Of a DNA stretch of 11,490 nucleotides, positions 1 through 5,911 are shown in pieces. How positions within the stretch are numbered: position 1 is the stretch's first letter; each line of letters starts with the position of its first letter. This DNA is from Candidatus Thorarchaeota archaeon (GTDB lineage Archaea; Asgardarchaeota; Thorarchaeia; Thorarchaeales; Thorarchaeaceae), in the NCBI GenBank assembly GCA_003345595.1, contig PRDI01000082.1, forward strand, positions 1 to 11,490, given 5' to 3'. The position numbers were made by a program, and so were the translations under genes. The notes under the pieces were generated by a model, which did not search any database, was not told the origin of the DNA, and saw only the letters and a program-made list of their open reading frames with translations.

Positions 1-357
1 TGGATTAATCGATATGGCAAGACCTTTGCTGCTTGCAGGTGTATAAACCCTCACGACGACCTTGTTCATGTATTCTTTCAGTCTCTCAGGGGGCACACCC
101 TTTGACTGCAAGACTTTGGGGTCTGCAGGCAGCATCAGCGATGCGATGTCACCCTGTGGGTCAAAGGCTAGAACAGGAATGCCCTGCATTGCGGCCTCTT
201 CAAGAATGACCTTCCCTAGGACCGTCTTCCCTGAACCTGTCGAACCGAAGAGACCACCGTGTCGTCGCAAAAGATCCACACTGATCTCGAACCTTCTGTC
301 AGTCTGCTTGCCTTCTTCATCTAGATGAAAACCCAACCACAGATTGCTGCCGTCCAC
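1..357 (-). CDS. HerA/FtsK-like P-loop ATPase (DUF87/DUF853 type), N-terminal part; runs off the left window edge
   Basis: Not in the ORF track. Manual minus-strand translation gives (M)DGSNLWLGFHLDEEGKQTDRRFEISVDLLRRHGGLFGSTGSGKTVLGKVILEEAAMQGIPVLAFDPQGDIASL..., open to position 1. Walker A GSTGSGKT lies at 223-246, preceded by RH and followed by the HerA-type hhhDPxGD strand. The GTG start at 357 has GGTGAG 6 nt upstream. An alternative in-frame ATG is at 429 and the upstream in-frame stop is at 460-462. Confidence 0.9.
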   Translation of the reverse strand, partial: MDGSNLWLGFHLDEEGKQTDRRFEISVDLLRRHGGLFGSTGSGKTVLGKVILEEAAMQGIPVLAFDPQGDIASLMLPADPKVLQSKGVPPERLKEYMNKVVVRVYTPASSKGLAISINP

Positions 358-435
358 TGAACGCTCACCAAGGATAACTGTCCAGAGTGGATTGGGACTC
401 TCCCACTTCTGTCTGGCGCTGTACGGCATGCGCCG

Positions 436-450
436 TTTATACAGTTTTCT
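436..450 (-). promoter_or_regulatory. Putative archaeal BRE/TATA promoter of the HerA-like ATPase
   Basis: Minus strand reads AGAAAA-CTG-TATAAA (purine-rich BRE then TATA), about 80 nt upstream of the GTG start. Confidence 0.45.
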
Positions 451-593
451 GGCGGCTTGTCACCTCGTTACGGAAGTCAACAGTTTTCAGGAAGAAGGCA
501 CACTCCCGAAAGCGAACTGCACATAGGTCAGGCAGAGGCCTGAGGAACAAACAGTCAGTAGTACGACATCAGCTATACAGAACTGGAAACGAG

Positions 594-617
594 GGATGGA
601 GGCGAATTCCTCCATCC
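594..617 (-). terminator. Perfect 9-bp hairpin just 3' of the 6-TM gene; possible terminator or mRNA stabiliser
   Basis: GGATGGAGG (594-602), 6-nt loop, CCTCCATCC (609-617), 10 nt past the TGA at 628-630. On the minus strand it is followed by pyrimidine-rich CTCGTTTCC. Confidence 0.5.
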
Positions 618-627
618 TATTCTGTGT

Positions 628-1248
628 TCACTCACCGACTGGTTCGTATTTTCTGCCCAAGAACATGACGGTGACTACGACGAGGACGACCGCGAATAGT
701 CCTAGAGCCACGGCAGCTCCTTCATAGAAGTTCACACTGGTGAGAATCCAATCGAAGCCCACCTTGACTGCGGCCATCACGACTCCTAGGAGCAACGAAA
801 CAAGCATGAACCGTGACGTCAACTCCTTAATCTGGCCCTTCTCGCTGCCCTTCGTGATTGTCCCACTGAAGTAGACGAAGACAAAGAGGAACACGTAAGC
901 TATCACGATCATTGTGGCGATGTTGAAAAGACTGACTTGCAGAGCAGGGTTGACAGGATCAAGATAACCAAAGATGAGAATCGCAAATATCGCCGTCAGA
1001 AACACAAACATGTTGCTGACAAGCTTATCCTCGGGATTAACGAAGCCGGTCTTTTCAGTGAAGGTATTGATTGAACTCATGATGAGTACGACAACAAGCA
1101 ATGCTGCACCTACTATCCATGCATAGAGAGGATAGAGGGTGCCTGTGATATCGAGTATCTGAAGCATGAACTTGATGATTGCTGCAAAGCCAAGGACAGT
1201 TATGCCAATCCCAGACAAAACATTCGATATAGTTGTAAGCCGGACCAT
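628..1248 (-). CDS. Hypothetical integral membrane protein, about 6 TM helices, 206 aa
   Basis: Six long hydrophobic segments with short polar loops. GGGGAG SD-like motif upstream of ATG 1248. No family motif recognised. Confidence 0.85.
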   Translation of the reverse strand: MVRLTTISNVLSGIGITVLGFAAIIKFMLQILDITGTLYPLYAWIVGAALLVVVLIMSSINTFTEKTGFVNPEDKLVSNMFVFLTAIFAILIFGYLDPVNPALQVSLFNIATMIVIAYVFLFVFVYFSGTITKGSEKGQIKELTSRFMLVSLLLGVVMAAVKVGFDWILTSVNFYEGAAVALGLFAVVLVVVTVMFLGRKYEPVGE

Positions 1249-1315
1249 TGTCTAGTCTCCCCTACTGGAGTTATCTTGTTTTTTGTTGAGTTGCTTGCTA
1301 ATTAACTCTTGCTCG

Positions 1316-2533
1316 CTAGATGTTCTCAGGATGTCTTTCTGTCCTAGAGTGCATTTCAGGCATGAAATACGTGCCTATGACTGCAATCGCAATCAGCGCG
1401 GCTACCAAGACTGCCAGACCTACGAGTCCGTATGTTGCGTAAGCGAATCCTCCGCTTGCAGGGCCGATAATCATGCCACTTCCGAAGAATATGCTGTACA
1501 CTCCCATTGTCGTTCCCCTTGCTTCCCTGTCCGAAACATCAGTTAGGTAGGCCATCGCGGCAGGCGGAAACGCACCAGCTATGAAGCCAAGTAAAGGCAG
1601 GACAGGCCATATTGCCCATAAGGCAGTGATGTCAGCGGAGTTGGAAACCAGCAGGTACGCCAGAACGCCCAGCCCCACTAGCCCGACCACAATGAACGGA
1701 CGACGTTTCATGAAGCGGTCCGAAAGATGGCTCATGATTATGATGCCGAGAACCAAGGAACCACCGAGCAACCCAAACAACATGAGCAGTTCAGTGGCTC
1801 CAAGTGAAAACTCCTCCTCCAAGATCCTCTCAGCGTATCCTATGAAGATGCCATACATTGAGATAATCGGCACGTACACAGGAATGAGCATTTGTATTCT
1901 CCTGTCGCTGGCTACTTTGCGAAGCAGACCCGTGATGCTCAACTCAGCGCGTTTCTCGGTTCTTGTTTCCTTTATGCCAATCATAGCCATGATGCCAGCC
2001 AGCGTAGCAGCAGAACCTGCGGCCACAAGGATGAGAAAGGCGGCCCATCCGAACTGAAGTAGTAGAATGCCGAGGCCGTAGCCACCTGCAAGACCGGCCA
2101 ATGTTGACAGGTCGTAATAGCCCATCAGACGAGCACGGTTGGACTCGGATGACATGTCTGCCACCATCGACAGCGTGGTTGACACCTGAGATGCAGCTCC
2201 AAGGCCGAACACAGCAGAGAACACCAAGAGAACGAAGAAACTGTTGGCGACCGAGAACAAGAACGCAGCCAACCCCGTGAGAAAGAGGCTCAGGACGAAA
2301 ATCGGTTTGCGGCCGATCTTGTCACTATACGAACCGAAGAATGAAACAGAAGTTAGCTCAGCCACCGGATAGACAATCAAGACTGCTGCTATCTCCAGCG
2401 TTCCCAAGATGCCACCCATGTAAGATGTGCTTTGGACGACGGCAATGCTGACATAGAATGATGCCCGCATTATCACAGTCACAGCATACATTGCCATGAG
2501 GTTCCAGAAGTGCCCGGATGCTCTGAGTCCCAT
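1316..2533 (-). CDS. MFS transporter (12 TM, DHA1/drug:H+ antiporter-like), 405 aa
   Basis: MFS motif A in both halves (GSYSDKIGRK and SHLSDRFMKRR), NRARLMG and EARGTTMG loops, GMIIGPASGG. Start moved from 2620 to ATG 2533, which follows GAGGAG. Confidence 0.93.
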   Translation of the reverse strand: MGLRASGHFWNLMAMYAVTVIMRASFYVSIAVVQSTSYMGGILGTLEIAAVLIVYPVAELTSVSFFGSYSDKIGRKPIFVLSLFLTGLAAFLFSVANSFFVLLVFSAVFGLGAASQVSTTLSMVADMSSESNRARLMGYYDLSTLAGLAGGYGLGILLLQFGWAAFLILVAAGSAATLAGIMAMIGIKETRTEKRAELSITGLLRKVASDRRIQMLIPVYVPIISMYGIFIGYAERILEEEFSLGATELLMLFGLLGGSLVLGIIIMSHLSDRFMKRRPFIVVGLVGLGVLAYLLVSNSADITALWAIWPVLPLLGFIAGAFPPAAMAYLTDVSDREARGTTMGVYSIFFGSGMIIGPASGGFAYATYGLVGLAVLVAALIAIAVIGTYFMPEMHSRTERHPENI

Positions 2534-2568
2534 TTCCAGTTCTCCTCGCCCACCCCGATTTGTCGTGG

Positions 2569-2649
2569 TTATAAGTCGACTGGCATAGCACAACCAAAGG
2601 GGTCCCAATCGTGGACACACGACAACATGAAATCCCGAAGCGCTTAAAT
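2569..2649. promoter_or_regulatory. Divergent promoter region between the MFS gene and the + strand hypothetical gene
   Basis: TTATAA at 2569-2574 is about 35 nt upstream of the MFS ATG (minus strand). CCGAAGCGC-TTAAAT, with the TATA at 2644-2649, is about 36 nt upstream of GTG 2686 (plus strand). Confidence 0.5.
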
Positions 2650-2685
2650 CCCATGCGACGTGCAGCCTCTACGGAGGCCTCAATA

Positions 2686-3507
2686 GTGAGCTGGCTGGCC
2701 AAGATCGTGAATGGCACACCGGATGAATTTGTGCATGCAAAGCTGGTCAAATACGGAATAGGGACGCACCCGGGCCCAAGCGCTGTCATAGGACTGAGTC
2801 AGGGACGTATCACGTTCAAAGCAGACTTCGATCACGAGAAGATGTTTGCCCAAGCCTATCTCAAGTTTGCACCTGCTGGCACCCAGAAGGTCACGGGAAC
2901 CATCATCACCTATACTGACCGTAGATCGGTCTATGAGCATCTATCACTACCTCTCTCTTGGACCAAGACCAAGGGAGAAGGTGCTTCCGTCTTCAAGGCG
3001 AAGATCAGCGAGGTCGCGCCAATCGAGGACCTCCGCGCATTACTAGATGTGGACGACCCCACGACTTTCCTACTCCTGTCCATGACCCCAAGGGACGGAA
3101 CCAAGCCTTGGTCTATCGCGACAAAGTCATCATTCCCAAAGGCATCTTTCGCAAAAGCTGGCGGAAAGCCGGATGAAGAGAAGGAAAAACCCGAAGAGGT
3201 GCCTGATGAGGACAAAGCAGTCAAGCCGAAAGACCCGACTTTCGCGAAGGGAGCTTATGCCAACACACCTGACATAGTTCGCTACCTACTCCAAGAGGCT
3301 GTGCCGGACGTCGCATCTGACGTGACTCCTAAGACAAAAGACATCCGTATAAGTAACGAAATAGTGATTGAGGAAATCATGGTCCCGGAGGACAGCGCAT
3401 TGTCTTTCTCTGAGAAGAGGAGGATGGCGAAGAAGAAGGGCAAGCTCGTTAGGAGAATCACGATTGATGGGAAGGAGCACATCAAAGAGTTTCAGTTCGT
3501 GGCATGA
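2686..3507 (+). CDS. Conserved archaeal hypothetical protein, 273 aa
   Basis: GGAGG at 2673-2677 precedes in-frame GTG 2686. The N-terminus (WLAKIVNGTPDEFVHAKLVKYGIG) and C-terminus (KRRMAKKKGKLVRRITIDGKEHIKEFQF) resemble, from memory, an uncharacterised archaeal family. There is an internal K/E/P/D-rich linker. Confidence 0.85.
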   Translation: MSWLAKIVNGTPDEFVHAKLVKYGIGTHPGPSAVIGLSQGRITFKADFDHEKMFAQAYLKFAPAGTQKVTGTIITYTDRRSVYEHLSLPLSWTKTKGEGASVFKAKISEVAPIEDLRALLDVDDPTTFLLLSMTPRDGTKPWSIATKSSFPKASFAKAGGKPDEEKEKPEEVPDEDKAVKPKDPTFAKGAYANTPDIVRYLLQEAVPDVASDVTPKTKDIRISNEIVIEEIMVPEDSALSFSEKRRMAKKKGKLVRRITIDGKEHIKEFQFVA

Positions 3508-3526
3508 TTCTTCGACTACCGCGACC

Positions 3527-3533
3527 TTTAAAA
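3527..3533 (+). promoter_or_regulatory. TATA box for the OST5-like gene
   Basis: TTTAAAA about 50 nt upstream of ATG 3583. GAGG SD-like motif at 3571-3574. Confidence 0.5.
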
Positions 3534-3582
3534 CGGCATTGCGAAGACCGAAGGCGAACTAGCAGCCGAAGAGGCCAAAACA

Positions 3583-3780
3583 ATGATGCAGATCTATTTC
3601 GAGGGACTCATATTATGGGTCGGACTGGCCTTCATCGTATTCGGACTGATGTCGTATGGATGGCTTGTGATACATGTTGAGCATAGCCGCCACTTCTCCA
3701 AGATGAAGGCTCTTTTTGCGCTTGTTCTGGGCTCATTGTTCATGGGCTTTGGCTTGCACTTCATGTTCCTCGGGCTATAG
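3583..3780 (+). CDS. Small 2-TM protein, OST5/TMEM258-like oligosaccharyltransferase accessory subunit homolog, 65 aa
   Basis: Two TM helices. TM2 LVLGSLFMGFGLHFMFLG matches my recollection of human TMEM258 LVASLFMGFGVLFLLLW. TM1 has the G-x5-W pattern (FGLMSYGWLV vs IGMFFTAWFF). Size is similar. It has its own TATA and SD. Confidence 0.72.
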   Translation: MMQIYFEGLILWVGLAFIVFGLMSYGWLVIHVEHSRHFSKMKALFALVLGSLFMGFGLHFMFLGL

Positions 3781-3802
3781 GTCCTAGGTCGGCAGGCCAC
3801 CG

Positions 3803-3824
3803 TGTGTGGTCCTACATCCACACA
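3803..3824 (+). other. Short intergenic hairpin downstream of the OST5-like gene
   Basis: TGTGTGG (3803-3809), 8-nt loop, CCACACA (3818-3824). Confidence 0.3.
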
Positions 3825-3881
3825 ACGCATATTTGTGCCGTCAACGGGTTTCAGTTGCAGCAAGTGTGAGCATTCCAGTTC

Positions 3882-5081
3882 ATGTCAGACTTGAGGAGTT
3901 CGTATCTGTTGAGCGACCAAGACGTTGAAACTCTCGCAGCTGCCAGCGGACAGCGTTTGATTCGCGAGTTTGCCGATAAGTACGCGAATCTACGTGAGAG
4001 GTCTCGGAGAGTGCCCATAGCAGATGCGAAGAAGATAGCAGACGAGTATTCGTGTCCGCTTGAGATTGGCATCGTAGCCTACCTCATCAACTTGGACGGA
4101 ATAATGGGCATCAGGGAAGCAGTTGGCCTGCTCTCCTCCGAGCTCCAACGGCGTACGAACGTCGGTGAGGACGTACCTAATATTGGGGGAAACATCCTCG
4201 AGTTCTCGCTGCTTGAAGGCAGGTGGATAGAGTACATCTACAGCACATTCGTAAGGGAACTCGAACTCAAGACCAGAGAGCTTGCCAACCTTGAGGCATC
4301 GATTGACGTGGAAACACCCCCGATTGAGAAGGTTGTGTCAGTGGTCAACTCTCGAAACCGTCTGGCTGAAACCTTCGTGTCACCCGCGGTACTGGCGTGG
4401 CTAACAGAGCATTTGAAGTCGAATACTGAGGATGTCCTGACTGCATTCTGTTTGGCTGTCACCAAGTGGAAGCTGGCGACACTGAAGGGCAAGATGCTCC
4501 AGCTCCGACGTAGAAACCAAGCCTTTTTCAGAAGGTTGAAAGTCATCTTGGCTGCTGCATCAGAATCCGCCACGGCTGACGTTGTGGTGAAGAGAATCGA
4601 TGACATCATTCAAGCATTGGGTGCGGATCTGTCTAAGATGAGTGTCAGCTCGGTCGCTCACTTCATTCTTCATATTGCACCAAGACCTATGGGGAGAGGA
4701 GATAGGTCGCGGTATGTTGATGTGGGAATGAGCTCGACACGCGGTAACAAGACCGAGCCCGACATGGCATCGCCATTCGACTTTCTCGAAAGGGATGTAC
4801 AGCTTGCTCGGCGCCGCACGGGCACTGAGCGGTCGGAGTACCTGTCCCAGCGGATTAGCCGGGTTATGCGCGTCCTCAGGTACCAAGGTAACACTACAGC
4901 TCAGGTCATTGAGAAGTGCGTTCTCGAACTCACGAACAGGTTACATATTGACAAAGCATATGCTGCAGGTGTTATCGAGAGGTCTAAGCAAGAACTCGCA
5001 AACACACCGTCCGATCGACAGGATGACATCGCTGTGAAGCTAGTGTTTGAATATATCAGCACATATGCCTTTGAGAGGTGA
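3882..5081 (+). CDS. Hypothetical, predicted mostly alpha-helical soluble protein, 399 aa
   Basis: Long ORF with natural composition and a coiled-coil-like stretch (VRELELKTRELANLEASI). It contains a G/R/P-rich motif-like segment, PRPMGRGDRSRYVDVGMSSTRGNKTEPDMASPFDFLERD. The stop codon sits inside the GAGGTGA SD of the next gene. Confidence 0.85.
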   Translation: MSDLRSSYLLSDQDVETLAAASGQRLIREFADKYANLRERSRRVPIADAKKIADEYSCPLEIGIVAYLINLDGIMGIREAVGLLSSELQRRTNVGEDVPNIGGNILEFSLLEGRWIEYIYSTFVRELELKTRELANLEASIDVETPPIEKVVSVVNSRNRLAETFVSPAVLAWLTEHLKSNTEDVLTAFCLAVTKWKLATLKGKMLQLRRRNQAFFRRLKVILAAASESATADVVVKRIDDIIQALGADLSKMSVSSVAHFILHIAPRPMGRGDRSRYVDVGMSSTRGNKTEPDMASPFDFLERDVQLARRRTGTERSEYLSQRISRVMRVLRYQGNTTAQVIEKCVLELTNRLHIDKAYAAGVIERSKQELANTPSDRQDDIAVKLVFEYISTYAFER

Positions 5082-5082
5082 C

Positions 5083-5859
5083 ATGACTGTGGATCAGGGA
5101 CCTCTCTTCTGGCTGCTGGACGTACAGGCATACAGATACGACGTAGGCGTCCTGCGTGAGACCGACCTGAAGGGAAAGGCCTTGATCCTCTCTCGACAGC
5201 TATGGTCTGCCATTCGGGGGGAGAAAGTGATTTCGATATTGATAGGCCCTGGCGTGTTCAGGGGAGTGGGCATCTTGGGAAACAGACGGGTCGATGTACT
5301 AGAACCACTCTGCGCATTGATGTTCGACCCCTCCGCACTAAGAGCCGATGAGCCCATCCCACTTGTCGACATAATCTCGCCTGAGGTAATCGACCCCATG
5401 GCTTCGCGAAAGACAGAGGAGATCATGACTGTCATCCGTCAGCTAGTGGTTGAACGTGGGAATGTCTTGGCGGCCGAAACGCTCCTCAAACTCAGGCCAG
5501 AGGGCGCTATACCCACGACTGCCTTTGCATTGGACCTCTTGAAGAAGATCAACGTTGCTCATGTTTCTGGGGTTCAGAGAGCCCAGTTCATCCTTGGAGG
5601 AACAAACGGACCTCTATATCGTCCGTTCGCAGGTTGGTATCGAAAAGGAAAGTACGACCATTCCGACCAGATCAAGGTGATGGCCACACCATTCTCAAAG
5701 TTCTGCAGTTCAGTGGACATAGACATCATGTCTGACTGGACCATAGTCGAGAAAGCCGCTACGAGCAGCAGTACTGGCATTGAGGCAATACGGGACGAGT
5801 ACGATGAAACCCTCGATGTCGTCAGAAAGAGCTCGAATCTGTTTGTCTATGAACTCTGA
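5083..5859 (+). CDS. Hypothetical protein, about 258 aa; possibly a degenerate PIN-like alpha/beta fold
   Basis: ATG 5083 (or GTG 5089) follows GAGGTGA (5075-5081), which overlaps the upstream stop and suggests translational coupling. The PIN resemblance (FWLLDVQ...LILSRQLWSAI...VLAAETLL...AIPTT) is weak and judged by eye only. Confidence 0.8.
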   Translation: MTVDQGPLFWLLDVQAYRYDVGVLRETDLKGKALILSRQLWSAIRGEKVISILIGPGVFRGVGILGNRRVDVLEPLCALMFDPSALRADEPIPLVDIISPEVIDPMASRKTEEIMTVIRQLVVERGNVLAAETLLKLRPEGAIPTTAFALDLLKKINVAHVSGVQRAQFILGGTNGPLYRPFAGWYRKGKYDHSDQIKVMATPFSKFCSSVDIDIMSDWTIVEKAATSSSTGIEAIRDEYDETLDVVRKSSNLFVYEL

Positions 5860-5911
5860 TACACCGGAAGAGTCATCAGCCGCTTGACGGGCCACAGACG
5901 AGGCAGGTACC

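Noticed and set aside
487-630. Possible UGA (selenocysteine) readthrough of the 6-TM gene, since a hairpin follows the TGA and the frame stays open for about 46 codons
   Set aside because: The hairpin is a plain perfect stem with no recognisable SECIS features, the UGA has no redox-motif context, and the protein ends naturally after its last TM helix.
62-668. Plus-strand ORFs 62..328, 344..526 and 387..668
   Set aside because: They are antisense to the HerA-like gene or span the intergenic region, with no motifs, no SD and atypical composition.
2534-2685. Extended, overlapping N-termini of ORFs 1316..2620 and 2611..3507 in the ORF track
   Set aside because: Better starts with SD motifs exist at 2533 and 2686, leaving a normal divergent promoter region with two TATA-like boxes.
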